A stretch of 64,000 nt of DNA from Gammaproteobacteria bacterium (GCA_965203125.1 CBDBBL010000001.1:40971-104970); one strand, 5' to 3'. Shown: positions 10,044 to 20,909, numbered from the stretch's first letter. Translations and numbers: made by a program. Notes: generated by a model not told the origin, from the letters alone.

Positions 10044-12482
10044 TTATCTTAATGCAATCGAAAAACGTTGCCGTAACTGGCAAACCACCTGATCAACAAC
10101 ACGCTGAACTTCTTCTTCCATTAAAGTGCGATCTGGATGCTGAAAAATGAGTGCTACCGCAACACTTTTCTGATCACACTCCAAATGCTCTCCCTCATAA
10201 ATATCAAACACATATACATTTTTCAACAGCTTTCTGTCACTTTCTGCCTTTTCTTGTTCAGCAAGCACTGGTTGGGAACTGCTTGCAACTATTTCAGCTT
10301 GAACCTGTGCAACATTGAGTGACTTCGGCATTACCAACGCCAAATCACGTCGAACACTAGGAAACTTAGACACCGCACTAAATTGATACTTAGGTACTAA
10401 TGGTGCCTGTGACATACTTAAGTCTAGACTAAACAGCCCAAGAGGGTGTGACAACTTCCATTGCTGTTGCAGTTGTGGATGCAACATACCTATCCAACCC
10501 ACTACATTTTCACCCACAATTAAGCGCGCCGTCTTTCCTGGATGTAATAAAGGATGCTCACCCGCTTCAAAAACAACAGTCCACCCCAAGCGATCCGCCA
10601 CCGTTAACACATCTTGTTTTAGATGATAAAAATCTGTCACTTTTCTTTCTGACTCATCCCACTGCCAAGGTGCCAATTCACCATAACTCAACCCAGCCAA
10701 TTGTAAAGATTCAACGATTTTATCAACGTTTGAAAAAACCTGCCCGATTTCAAACAAACGCACTTGTTTTCGCTGACGTTTTAAATTAGCCAGCGCACTA
10801 TCAATCAACCCAGGCCATAAACTTTGCCTCATTGTACTCATTGCACTCGCTAATGGATTCTTTAAACGAACACTCGCCGAATCATGCTGCATGAATGACG
10901 TCCATTTTTCATCAATAAAGCTATAATTAATTGTTTCAAAGAAACCCAAGCCAACCATGGTTTCGACCATCATAACATTCAAATCATCCGTGTTATTAAG
11001 CACAGGATTTAAGTGAGCAGCGGGCATGCTTGGTTGTAAATGAGCGTACCCAAGTAAACGAATCACTTCTTCGATCAAGTCTGCTTCTATGTTTATATCA
11101 AAACGATAACTCGGCGGAGTAACCTCCCAACCATCTTTTACAGCAATACAATTCATATTTAGCACCGATAAAATCTCAACAATCTTATCAGCACTCACAG
11201 TCACACCTAACAAGTCACCCACTCGTTTAGCACGTAAAGAAATAGGTTGACGATTCGTCATTAGCGATTGGTAACAACGTGCTTTTCCAACTGCACCACC
11301 AGCAAGCTCAACAACCAACATAACAGCACGCTGCAGTGCTATTTGTGGCAACTCAGGATCAACTCCACGCTCAAATCGCTGTGATGCATCAGTTGCTAAA
11401 CCATATCTACGCGCAATACCAGCCATCGCATCAGGATTAAAATGTGCGCTCTCCAAGATCACATCAGATGTCTTGGCAGAAACACCACTATCTTCAGAAC
11501 CCATGACACCAGCAATTGCTAACGGTTTTTTCGCATCAGAAATCACGAGTGTATCAGCAGTTAGCAAGTGCTGCTTCCCATTGATCAAAGTAATTGATTC
11601 TTGCGTTTTAGCATAACGAACCTGCATTTGATCACCAATTTGTCCCGCATCAAAAGCATGTAATGGCTGCCCTAGCTCTAACATGACATATTGCGTAATA
11701 TCCACCAGCAATGAAACAGGTTGAATATCAGCACGACGCAATCGTTCTTGCATCCATAATGGTGTTGCCTTTGTATTATCAACGCCCGTTATCTTTTGCA
11801 CACAATATACAGGACTTAACTCGGGCTGAAGCACAGCCACCTTAGGCACATGAATAGAATGATCAATTGGCACTTCCTGCAACGCTACTGATTTCAACTG
11901 ACTATTTGTTTTTGCGGCAACTTCACGGGCAATTCCACAAGCACTCAAACAATCCCCACGATTTGGTGTCAGCTCAATCTCAATCACCTGATCATCGAGT
12001 GATAAGAAATCAAAAACATCAGACCCTAAACATTCTTCTACTGTTTGATTATCATCCGTATTTTTAGGCGGCAGCACCATAATGCCTACACTTTTCTCAC
12101 ACAAGCCCAACTCTGATTCTGAGCAAATCATTCCACTTGACTCTACGCCCCTTAATTTTGCTTTTTTGATTTTGAAGCCACCTGCCAAGCATGCTCCCAC
12201 CGTCGCAAAAGGCACGTATATTCCTGCGCGCACATTACTTGCACCACAAACTACCTGATGCAACTGCCCACTATCAATACGCACCTGACAAATATTCAAC
12301 TTATCTGCATCAGGATGTTTTTCCACCTGCTCGACATAGGCGACCACAACACCAAAGAAACGTTCAACCACAGGCTCAATAGCTGCAACCTCCAAGCCTA
12401 AATTTGTCAATAAAGCAGATAAATCTAATGATTTTAAATCAGCTGAGACCCATGACTGCAACCAGTTTTGACTGATCTTCAT
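10044..12482 (-). CDS. pheT: phenylalanine--tRNA ligase beta subunit
   Basis: An 812-aa ORF in the canonical pheS-pheT-ihfA order, with B3/4, B5 and FDX-ACB-like regions. Confidence 0.9.
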   Translation of the reverse strand: MKISQNWLQSWVSADLKSLDLSALLTNLGLEVAAIEPVVERFFGVVVAYVEQVEKHPDADKLNICQVRIDSGQLHQVVCGASNVRAGIYVPFATVGACLAGGFKIKKAKLRGVESSGMICSESELGLCEKSVGIMVLPPKNTDDNQTVEECLGSDVFDFLSLDDQVIEIELTPNRGDCLSACGIAREVAAKTNSQLKSVALQEVPIDHSIHVPKVAVLQPELSPVYCVQKITGVDNTKATPLWMQERLRRADIQPVSLLVDITQYVMLELGQPLHAFDAGQIGDQMQVRYAKTQESITLINGKQHLLTADTLVISDAKKPLAIAGVMGSEDSGVSAKTSDVILESAHFNPDAMAGIARRYGLATDASQRFERGVDPELPQIALQRAVMLVVELAGGAVGKARCYQSLMTNRQPISLRAKRVGDLLGVTVSADKIVEILSVLNMNCIAVKDGWEVTPPSYRFDINIEADLIEEVIRLLGYAHLQPSMPAAHLNPVLNNTDDLNVMMVETMVGLGFFETINYSFIDEKWTSFMQHDSASVRLKNPLASAMSTMRQSLWPGLIDSALANLKRQRKQVRLFEIGQVFSNVDKIVESLQLAGLSYGELAPWQWDESERKVTDFYHLKQDVLTVADRLGWTVVFEAGEHPLLHPGKTARLIVGENVVGWIGMLHPQLQQQWKLSHPLGLFSLDLSMSQAPLVPKYQFSAVSKFPSVRRDLALVMPKSLNVAQVQAEIVASSSQPVLAEQEKAESDRKLLKNVYVFDIYEGEHLECDQKSVAVALIFQHPDRTLMEEEVQRVVDQVVCQLRQRFSIALR

Positions 12483-12484
12483 AT

Positions 12485-12638
12485 AATAATTCCAATTAAA
12501 AATGTGATATTTTAAACAAATAATTTTGTGTAGAATATGGCTTAAATACTTGAGTAATATCTGGCTATTGCGAAATTATTTAAGCTCTATTATGCCGAAA
12601 GTATGCATTTAAAATATCACATTTTCAATTGGAATTAT
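12485..12638. repeat. intergenic inverted-repeat element (32-bp TIR ataataattccaattaaaaatgtgatatttta) between pheS and pheT
   Basis: 12485-12516 is the reverse complement of 12607-12638 with one mismatch. The repeats flank about 90 bp of AT-rich sequence. Confidence 0.6.
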
Positions 12639-13681
12639 TATCTAAATTGCTCCAACACATCCAACTCATTTTTAAACAAAGTTCGTAGATCATCCATACC
12701 ATAATAAAGCATCGCTAAACGATCTAAGCCCATTCCAAAAGCAAAGCCTCTCCAACACTTGTCATCTTGTTCATCATCAATGCCAACATTCTTCAATACC
12801 TGAGAGTGCACCATGCCACACCCTAGAATTTCTAACCAGCCTGTTTGACCACATAAACGACACCCTTTTCCACTGCAACGCACACATTGCATATCGACTT
12901 CAGCAGAAGGCTCAGTAAATGGGAAGTAAGAAGGCCTTAGACGAATCTCTACCTCTTTGGAAAAAAACTTACCCAATACAGCTTGCAATAGCCCCACCAA
13001 TTCGGAAAAATTGGTTTTATCATCAATCAGTAAACCTTCTATTTGATGAAACATAGGTGTATGTGTTTGATCAGAATCACAACGATACACGCGACCTAAT
13101 GAAATCATTTTAAAAGGAGGTTTACCTTGCTCCATCACTCTAATTTGTACTGGCGAGGTATGTGTACGCAACACAAGCTTCTCCACATCTTGAATAAAAA
13201 ACGTATCATGCATCGCACGTGCAGGATGTGTTTCTGGAATATTGAGCTGATCAAAGTTATTCTTCTCGGTCTCAATCTCTGGGCCATATTCAATACTAAA
13301 ACCCATTGAAGAAAAAATCTTAACCATTCGTTCTTTGACTAAAGTAACTGGGTGCTTTGCACCACGAAGCTTACCCAAACCAGGCAAAGTCACATCAATT
13401 ACTTCGTCTTTCAACTTAGCAGCCCACACAGCTGACTCTAATTCACTTTTCTTCGCCATCAACGCTTGCTGCAATTGAGTTTTACACTGATTAATGATTT
13501 GCCCCATTTCTTTGCGCTCATCTGGAGACATTTTTCCCAGCCCTTTGAGCAACTGTGTTAACCGCCCCTTTTTTCCCAAATATCGTACACGAATCGCATC
13601 CAAATCATCCAACTTCGCAACTGATTTAATTTCTTCCAGCGCCTGTTCTAGCAACTGATCTAACTCATTCTGCATTAACAT
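12638..13681 (-). CDS. pheS: phenylalanine--tRNA ligase alpha subunit
   Basis: A 347-aa ORF with class II aaRS motifs, located upstream of pheT. Confidence 0.9.
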   Translation of the reverse strand: MLMQNELDQLLEQALEEIKSVAKLDDLDAIRVRYLGKKGRLTQLLKGLGKMSPDERKEMGQIINQCKTQLQQALMAKKSELESAVWAAKLKDEVIDVTLPGLGKLRGAKHPVTLVKERMVKIFSSMGFSIEYGPEIETEKNNFDQLNIPETHPARAMHDTFFIQDVEKLVLRTHTSPVQIRVMEQGKPPFKMISLGRVYRCDSDQTHTPMFHQIEGLLIDDKTNFSELVGLLQAVLGKFFSKEVEIRLRPSYFPFTEPSAEVDMQCVRCSGKGCRLCGQTGWLEILGCGMVHSQVLKNVGIDDEQDDKCWRGFAFGMGLDRLAMLYYGMDDLRTLFKNELDVLEQFR

Positions 13682-13714
13682 TCCTATGTCGTCATAATCA
13701 ATAGACCCAAACCA

Positions 13715-13865
13715 CTTGAAGACGCCGAAGCTTCAACAAGATAATTTTAAGCAGTATTGGATTTAAAAAAACTAAGTAATAGCAAGCTATTGCACAGTTT
13801 TTTAAAAGCTAATAATGCCAAAATTATGCAATTAAAGTCCAGTATCTTCAAGTAGTTTGGGTATA
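13715..13865. repeat. MITE-like element copy c (imperfect TIRs cttgaagacgccgaagcttcaac / ...gtatcttcaag)
   Basis: Its core ggatttaaaaaaactaagtaatagcaagctattgcacagtttttt is about 85% identical to 5978-6025. Confidence 0.5.
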
Positions 13866-14269
13866 ACCTCAAGATTCTAGCAAACTTTCCCATATTGCCC
13901 CAGTAAATCATTCATGCCGCCGTCAGCCTTGTGAAAACACAAGCAAGACAGTCTTTAAATCAAACATCTCATCTCGTTTCCGAATACACGCTAGAAGAAT
14001 CCATTTCTACAGATTACTGCAATTCAGCATTACATCATTTAAAAGCAAGCACGCATCATCACCCATTCCCAAACCACACAGTTGAACAGGTGATGGTACA
14101 ACTGGTTACAAACCAGCCTTTATTGCAAGCACAAACGTAATACTCACTATCGTTTTCATTCTCCGATCATGAGATTTGACTGTTTTCTATTCTAGCTTAA
14201 TTGGCAGTTTTCATGCTCATTTTATACTGGAAACATGAGACCCCTTTCATGCTCATTTTATATTGGACA

Positions 14270-14860
14270 ACACTTTATCTTGACATTAGCACTGTTTTTG
14301 GCACGATTGGCGGTAAGAATACGTATTTGAGCACTCAAAGCACCTCATTTCAACAAATTGCATTTGGAGCCGATTTCTATTCTGTGAAAAACTTCAAACT
14401 AGCTGCTGATGTGTTATATTTGACTGGGACAAATAACGTGGGGGTTAAAAAAACTGGTATTAGCGCTCTGGGTGAATTTGTCAATGCTGGTGGTGCGGTT
14501 GGTAACGTTGGAAGCTTAAAATGGCTATCAAATCCATCCATCCATTCAGAGCTGAAGAATTTATGTTTGACTCTATCTAAGAAGAAGACTACGATTTGCA
14601 GAGTTACAAAAAGATTTACCTTTCTAGGTTACTCATTATCTGAAAATGAAGGTCTGAGATTATCTAGAGAAACGCTAAGACCGCATAGAAATAAACTAAA
14701 GCGGCTTTATGAGCAAAAAAGATCTAACGATCTTTTGCGTGTTTATGTTATGCATTTTTGGCGCTGGGTGAAAAGTGGTGTTGATGATATCATTGACACC
14801 AATTACTTAAACAATGTCATGCTTTTATATATTAACTCCTATTTCAAATTAGCTAAATAA
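14270..14860 (+). pseudogene. deletion remnant fusing an OMP 5' fragment to the 3' third of the reverse transcriptase gene (ORF 14201..14860)
   Basis: 14270-14512 matches 17075-17320 in the OMP. 14513-14860 matches 18323-18668 (the RT C-terminus, with an extra atcc). The junction lies at cggttgg/cgttgg microhomology. The OMP signal peptide and the RT catalytic domain are both absent. Confidence 0.7.
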
Positions 14861-14911
14861 CTTTTTTGGATTCGATTTAATTTCTCAGCATGACTCTATA
14901 CGAGACGACCT

Positions 14912-15466
14912 ATGACTAAACTTCTACTATTAGCCTTAACTCTCAACGCAATTGCACTATCTGTTTTTGCCACTCCCACTTGTAACATCTACCTTAAAGG
15001 TAACACCGCCACTGCTGCGTACTGGCAATGCCTAGCTAACGAAAATGGCTTAACGCCACAACAGGAACGTGCTATTACAGACAACTCTGCCAAGGTAGGC
15101 ATTACGGCCATCCAAGCAAGCCAAATCCAATCCAACCAAAATTTCACCTTCATGAACCTCAAATCTGTGATTACCCTTGCTACGGTTCGCACTGTTACCT
15201 TTATCATAAGCGACTCTTTAAGCGCGGCAGATAAAACTCAAGCCGTTGACGGCACAATTTCTGCTAACACACAGTACCTCTTCACATGCATCCCTAACGG
15301 CGTTACTGACCAAATCACTACTTCGAGCGGGAACCCTATCATGAATGTTTCGTTCGTTACCTCGCCCTTCTCCTTCACTTGGACTACTGACAGTTCCTCC
15401 GAACTAAACCTTATGACTAACTCCGGAACGCTCACTTGCTCCGCGAAACTGACAAGATATGGCTAA
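14912..15466 (+). CDS. small secreted pilin-like protein, a divergent paralogue of 18720..19220
   Basis: It has a signal peptide (MTKLLLLALTLNAIALSVFA). Its flank is conserved with 18669-18725. It shares the motif YLFTCIPNGVTD with the paralogue (YLLTCIPNGTTT), plus PFSFT and TC..LT. Confidence 0.5.
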   Translation: MTKLLLLALTLNAIALSVFATPTCNIYLKGNTATAAYWQCLANENGLTPQQERAITDNSAKVGITAIQASQIQSNQNFTFMNLKSVITLATVRTVTFIISDSLSAADKTQAVDGTISANTQYLFTCIPNGVTDQITTSSGNPIMNVSFVTSPFSFTWTTDSSSELNLMTNSGTLTCSAKLTRYG

Positions 15467-15494
15467 CACGGAAAAGTTTGATGAGATATGATAC

Positions 15495-16440
15495 TCTTTA
15501 GAAGAGATGAATATGATAGTGATTAGCTAAAGTGAAAGCATACAGTCAAGACCTGAGAGATCGTGTGATAAAGCAATACGAACAGGGAAATAGAAGCAAA
15601 GCAAAATTAGCACAGCTATTTCAATTGGGGACATCAACAGTAGATAGGTGGATCAAGAGATACAAATCGACAGGTGAATGCAGATCATTCCAAGGACTGG
15701 GTTGTGGACGTAAAACACGCTTTGATGATAAACAGGCTATCTTGTCTTATCTTAGTGAGAATGAAGATGCTAATGCTATTGAGATGCGGGATGATCTATT
15801 TCCAGGTTGCACTATGTCAACCTGGTATGACACTTTGGCTAGAATGGGAATAACCTATAAAAAAAAGAGCCAAAGTATAAGCAACGATCAGAAAAACAAC
15901 GAGCAAGCTTTCTGGATGAGCTGGGGAAAGCGCCCTTGAATAAGCGCATATATTTAGATGAAATGGGGATAGATGATAACATCGTTGTGCAGTATGGATG
16001 GGCACCTTTGGGAAAACGTAGTTATGCTGAACAGTCTGGCTGTAAAAAAGAGCGCCTGAGTGTTGTAGCAGCTTATCAATGGAATGATAAAAAATTACTC
16101 AGCCCTTTTGAATTTTCTGGTCGAATGGATAGCGCTTTATTTTCAGGGTGGTTTGAAAATGTATTATGCCCTGAATTACAGCAAGGTCAGGTGATTATTA
16201 TGGATAACGCAACTTTCCACAAAAGTTCTGAGCTACACGAAATTGCAGAGAAATATGGCTGTCGAATTTTATTTCTTCCAGACTATTCTCCAGACTTAAA
16301 CACCATAGAGAAGGTATGGGCTAATGTGAAAGGAAGATTCAGAAAGATCATTAAATTAGCTGACAATTTTCAAGATGCTATCACTCAAGCTTTCAATCAA
16401 ACTTTCCCGTGTTAGCTATAGTTCCTACAACATCACTAAA
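15495..16440 (+). mobile_element. IS630/Tc1-mariner family insertion sequence (orfA 15532..15939 HTH; orfB 15936..16415 DDE; split frame)
   Basis: OrfA has an HTH (TSTVDRWIKRYKSTGE). OrfB contains DEMG...IIMDNATFHKS...DYSPDLNTIEKVWANVK, which matches the IS630 DDE core. Confidence 0.7.
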
Positions 16441-16855
16441 ACGGCGGATTTAAACTAGTTACCGCAACTTTCAGTTTTTATTTTGTCGTTAAAATTCACG
16501 TGGGGTTCGAAAATACCAACTCTTCGGGGTCTATTTAATTCACCTTCAACCGAAACATATGATTCGTGACTTGCTTGATTACTAGGATTACCAAATGGGA
16601 ATTTACCGCAAATCAGAACTGTTACACAACGGTTGCTGCTCTGTGGATAAACTTACCTTTCCTGCTCCACTTTCTTTGACTGTAAACCTACCTTTGTCCA
16701 ATCGCACATCATCTTGCACGAACCAGTGTAAAATGCCACGGTATAATCGTCTTTTTATTCATACTCGATTGATGACGATTTAAATGCCCACAGTTCTTTG
16801 TGATGTTCCGAATATAACACAGCTATCGTCGTCAGTAGATGGGTGTTTTTAGGGG

Positions 16856-16886
16856 GTTACTCTCAAACCACCTGAACCTATACAAT
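16856..16886 (+). mobile_element. solo IS481-family right-end remnant (ctcaaaccacctgaacctataca)
   Basis: It is identical to the last 25 bp or so of the IS481-like copies at 20885-20909 and 27400-27425. Confidence 0.6.
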
Positions 16887-16957
16887 ACAACTGTTGTAAA
16901 AAGGACTAAGCTAAGATACAGTTCGTTGCTAGTAGAGAAGTAACGAAAGGAATTTGT

Positions 16958-17593
16958 GTGATGATGAATTTTAAATTAAAGACCTTACTGATATCTGCAT
17001 GTGTTTTAAGTGTCGCAGCATGTTATGCTGATTCTCTAACAGCAAATATTTGGACTAGCTCTAAAATAAAACCTTATCTTGACATTAGTACTGGTTTTGG
17101 CACGATTGGCGGTAAGAATACGTATTTGAGCACTCAAAACACCTCATTTCAACAAATTGCATTTGGAGCCGATTTCTATTCTGTGAAAAACTTCAAACTA
17201 GCTGCTGATGTGTTATATTTGACTGGGATAAATAACGTGGGGGTTAAAAAAACTGGTATTAGCGCTCCGGGTGAATTTGTCAACGCTGGTGGTGCGGTTG
17301 GTGTTGAGGGAGGCATAACAACTCCGTCATATGAACATTTTAACCTGAACATGAAGTTAGGAGTTATAGTGCAACGGTTATCACCAGGGAGTAGCGCGAC
17401 TGCTAACCCAAAGACCACTTTTCAACCAATTGCTCAAATTAACATTAATAGGTTCATTGCCGATAATACAAGCTTAGGATTTGGATACTTAATATCTTTT
17501 CCAAGCCATCATATCAGTGTAGATAGCCAAGACAATATAAAAGGATCATTGCGCATCAGCGCTGGGATGATAACATTAAATCACTACTTTTAA
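16958..17593 (+). CDS. small outer-membrane beta-barrel protein (C-terminal ...TLNHYF)
   Basis: A signal peptide plus amphipathic beta strands with a terminal aromatic residue. It is a paralogue of 4354..5127. Confidence 0.55.
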   Translation: MMMNFKLKTLLISACVLSVAACYADSLTANIWTSSKIKPYLDISTGFGTIGGKNTYLSTQNTSFQQIAFGADFYSVKNFKLAADVLYLTGINNVGVKKTGISAPGEFVNAGGAVGVEGGITTPSYEHFNLNMKLGVIVQRLSPGSSATANPKTTFQPIAQININRFIADNTSLGFGYLISFPSHHISVDSQDNIKGSLRISAGMITLNHYF

Positions 17594-17594
17594 T

Positions 17595-18668
17595 ATGATA
17601 TCTCAGAGTAAAGAGAGAAATATAATAAGTCAATTAGCATCTACCCAGAAGCTTCATGAGAGTTATTTGCTTTTAAGAAAAAAGAGGACAACAAAGAACA
17701 ACATAGCATCTCAACATGATGACTTTTGGGCGCTAAGCTTAGCGTGGGATACAATTAAAAAAGATACGAGGATATCCTTGCAAAATGGTGATTATCAAAT
17801 CTCACCATTGAAATTATACACTAAAGGCGAGCATTTGCTTTCGAAATGGGATAGCTTAGACTGGATAATTCTGAAATCTTTGTCCACACAATTAAAAGGA
17901 ATTCTTTTAGCCCCATTTGTATCTCACGCTAATGTGTATAGTATATCTGGAGACAATAAGCAAAGCGGCATCAAAAAATGTTTGCGAGCTGTTTCCAATA
18001 AACTAAATAACAAAGCAGCTAATTTTGTTTTCAAAACTGATATAAAAGATTTTTACCAAAGCATTGACCCGAAAATATTAATGAATAAATTAAAACTTCA
18101 TATTCAGGATACACGAGTTATTAACTTACTAGAACAATATACATCACGTATTGAAGATTTTAATGGAGAGTACCGCAATTGCACTGGGTTGCCAAAAGGA
18201 TGTCCATTGGCACCAGTGCTGGCAAATTTTTATTTGTTAAGTTTGGATAAGGCATGCAACACCCCAGGTATTTTTTATATACGATATATGGATGATTTTT
18301 TAATTATAACCGCAAAACGTTGGAAGCTTAAAATGGCTATCAAATCCATCCATTCAGAGCTGAAGAATTTATGTTTGACTCTATCTAAGAAGAAGACTAC
18401 GATTTGCAGAGTTACAAAAAGATTTACCTTTCTAGGTTACTCATTATCTGAAAATGAAGGTCTGAGATTATCTAGAGAAACGCTAAAACGGCATAGAAAT
18501 AAACTAAAGCGGCTTTATGAGCAAAAAAGATCTAACGATCTTTTGCGTGTTTATGTTATGCATTTTTGGCGCTGGGTGAAAAGTGGTGTTGATGATATCA
18601 TTGACACCAATTACTTAAACAATGTCATGCTTTTATATATTAACTCCTATTTCAAATTAGCTAAATAA
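17595..18668 (+). CDS. standalone reverse transcriptase (357 aa; RT motifs 1-7 plus a short thumb), class unassigned
   Basis: It has FKTDIKDFYQSID (motif 2), GLPKGCPLAPVLANFYL (motif 4), YIRYMDDFLIIT (the catalytic YxDD box, here YMDD) and FTFLGYSL (motif 7). It starts 1 nt after the OMP stop codon. Confidence 0.8.
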   Translation: MISQSKERNIISQLASTQKLHESYLLLRKKRTTKNNIASQHDDFWALSLAWDTIKKDTRISLQNGDYQISPLKLYTKGEHLLSKWDSLDWIILKSLSTQLKGILLAPFVSHANVYSISGDNKQSGIKKCLRAVSNKLNNKAANFVFKTDIKDFYQSIDPKILMNKLKLHIQDTRVINLLEQYTSRIEDFNGEYRNCTGLPKGCPLAPVLANFYLLSLDKACNTPGIFYIRYMDDFLIITAKRWKLKMAIKSIHSELKNLCLTLSKKKTTICRVTKRFTFLGYSLSENEGLRLSRETLKRHRNKLKRLYEQKRSNDLLRVYVMHFWRWVKSGVDDIIDTNYLNNVMLLYINSYFKLAK

Positions 18669-18719
18669 CTTTTTTGGATTCGAGCTAATGTCTCAGCATG
18701 ACCCTATACGAGACGAACT

Positions 18720-19220
18720 ATGACTAAGCATCACCTATTAGCCTTAACTTTTACTGTTTTGACTCAACCAACTCTTGGACATCCGTCTTACCGCAACCTA
18801 ACAAAAAGTAGCTCTGCTTGTGCACATTTCACACAAAGGGGTTCTGAAGAATTTCTACCGACATGCTCGAGCCGAGACCGCCACCTTAAGACAAGTTTGC
18901 GTTTAGCAAAGCACCATGTAGGTATCATAATTCCTATCCCGACTATTGCTAACGCAACTATTAACATTACTAGCAATTTGTATGCCACTGTACTGGATGG
19001 AACTCTGGAACACGACGCGAACTACCTCCTCACATGTATTCCGAATGGGACAACTACATCATTTAACGCTTCTGGTCACAGCCCCTACCTACTCATATCA
19101 CCTAACGTGACTGTTCCGTTCTCATTCACTCTTACTACTTTATCTGATGGGCGGTTTAGACTATCTGCCGCGGGTATGACAACGTGCACAGCACAACTCA
19201 CCTATGATTCTGAAGACTAG
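18720..19220 (+). CDS. small secreted pilin-like protein (paralogue of 14912..15466)
   Basis: Signal peptide MTKHHLLALTFTVLTQPTLG. It is Thr/Ser/Asn-rich, with the shared motif TCIPNG and a C-terminal Cys. Confidence 0.5.
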   Translation: MTKHHLLALTFTVLTQPTLGHPSYRNLTKSSSACAHFTQRGSEEFLPTCSSRDRHLKTSLRLAKHHVGIIIPIPTIANATINITSNLYATVLDGTLEHDANYLLTCIPNGTTTSFNASGHSPYLLISPNVTVPFSFTLTTLSDGRFRLSAAGMTTCTAQLTYDSED

Positions 19221-19756
19221 GCTTACGCGTAACAATTTAGTATCTCTTTACGTTTAACTAGTTCACTATTAACGCTAGATAGACTTAATTGAAATTGCAC
19301 TCATTACAACCAACTTTGCTGAGTTCCAACGCCGATTAAATCTGTTGGTTTTGACCGCCGAGCCTTGATTTCACGACGACATGGAACTTGAACTCATAAC
19401 GACCAACCCTGATCGGGGCAGCTAACCTCTGAACTCCTCTGCTCAACTACGTTGTGACCTGAACTCACAACTCCTCCATAGTTCTTTTTCTTGTCCTTGT
19501 GCAAGAAAACGCGCTTAACACCCTGTTGCGACTTTCTGCTTTAACGGTGTGGGTTACGGACTAGCTGTATGTGTTAGGCTCTGAGCACAGATATTACCAA
19601 GTGACTGTCCACAATGGTTTGCAGTTCCAAACTGTGTGAGCTAACTTGCTTTGCCTATGCTACTATTATTTCGGAAAGGTGTGTTGACGAGTCTTATTAC
19701 GTTGATCCACGCGGGCAAGAGATGAAGTCTAACCTGATATACACTTGGATTTTGTA

Positions 19757-20909
19757 AACTCCTTCTTGTATAGGTTCAGGCGTATAAGTTCAGATAGAAA
19801 TGAGACGAATTTGCAAAAATAAAAAAAGACCTCGAGAATTGAGTTGAAAATAAAGCAAAACACGAGGTCATTATGCGAATCAAAGGACTGCACAAGTCTA
19901 TTTATAAAATATATGGATATGGACGTAAACAAGAAGTTTTAATTGAATACCTAAAAAATATCAAGCGATAGTCAGTCAGTTGGAACTTTGAAAAACGCAG
20001 GAACCAATGAGAAAGAAATCCCTTCATTTGTAGGTTACTCAAGAGCTACATATTATCAATCTCGAAAAATATTTATCGATCAGAAAATGCGGTAAATTAC
20101 CACCATCACTGGCTAGGATTAAGCGAAACAGCCGAAATGGGGGGAGGCAGAAAGGCAGTTAGTGCTCTATGTTCGCAGAAAAAACAGCAACTATGGTAAG
20201 TTTAAAATAACCCATATATTGAAGCGAGGTCATCAGTGTCAGATGAGTGAAAGCACAGTAGGCAGGATATTGAAACACTTGCTAAAAAAAGGCTTGATCA
20301 CCACAACCCTATCAGCACAGCGGGCAAAAAAGAAACGTAATTTCAACAAAATGATGCTAAGCCTTGGCGATTCAAAAAGTGTGGGCAAATGAAGTTAGGC
20401 GAGCATGTTCAAATAGATCATATGACTGTACGCCACAATGGAGTAATGGTGAAGCATTTTCAGGCATGGGAACGTAAAAGCAAATATATTGGAGCACAGA
20501 TTTACACCAATGCTAGCAGTAAGTCTGCTAGAAAGTTTCTACTCGAACTGATAGAGCAAGCTCCGTTCGAGATCTTGTCGATACAGGTTGATGGAGGATC
20601 AGAGTTCATGGCTGAATTTGAGGATGCTTGTCGACAGCTGAATATACCGTTGTATGTTTTACCGCCAGCTAGCCCAAAGAAAAATGGAGGCGTAGAAAGA
20701 GGTAACCGCATTTTTAGAGAAGAGTTTTATGCCAAGCCTTCACTTCCAGATTCTCTGGGAGCAATTCGCAATGATCTTTAAAGTTGCTGTGGCTAAATAT
20801 ATTGATTACAGACCGCATTTTTCTCTTGCAGGCTTAACTCCTTTGCCTTACATTGGGAAACATAATTCCCGAGGTGATTGTTTGTCTCAAACCACCTGAA
20901 CCTATACAC
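19757..20909 (+). mobile_element. IS481-family insertion sequence, degenerate copy (transposase pseudogene 19873..20880 with several frameshifts)
   Basis: It is about 90% identical in DNA to the intact copy at 26297..27425. The terminal inverted repeats are TGTATAAGTTCAG...CTGAACCTATACA. The ORF is broken into 20162..20392 and 20389..20781. Confidence 0.75.

Noticed and set aside
9638-10150. 170-aa plus-strand ORF
   Set aside because: It is fully antisense to ihfA and the start of pheT, which carry strong conserved protein signatures. It is spurious.
15495-16440. Defined terminal inverted repeats and a TA target duplication for the IS630 element
   Set aside because: I could not identify convincing inverted ends by eye. 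The boundaries given are approximate and set from the ORFs only.
16958-18668. Group II intron with the RT as the intron-encoded protein
   Set aside because: The RT ORF begins 1 nt after an intact OMP gene ending in a typical beta-barrel C-terminus. No upstream or downstream space exists for intron domains I-VI. The ORF lacks maturase and endonuclease extensions and has YMDD rather than the usual YADD.
14912-19220. Template/variable repeat relationship between the two small secreted paralogues
   Set aside because: The nucleotide differences are scattered across A, C, G and T positions and include indels. This looks like paralogue divergence, not mutagenic retrohoming.
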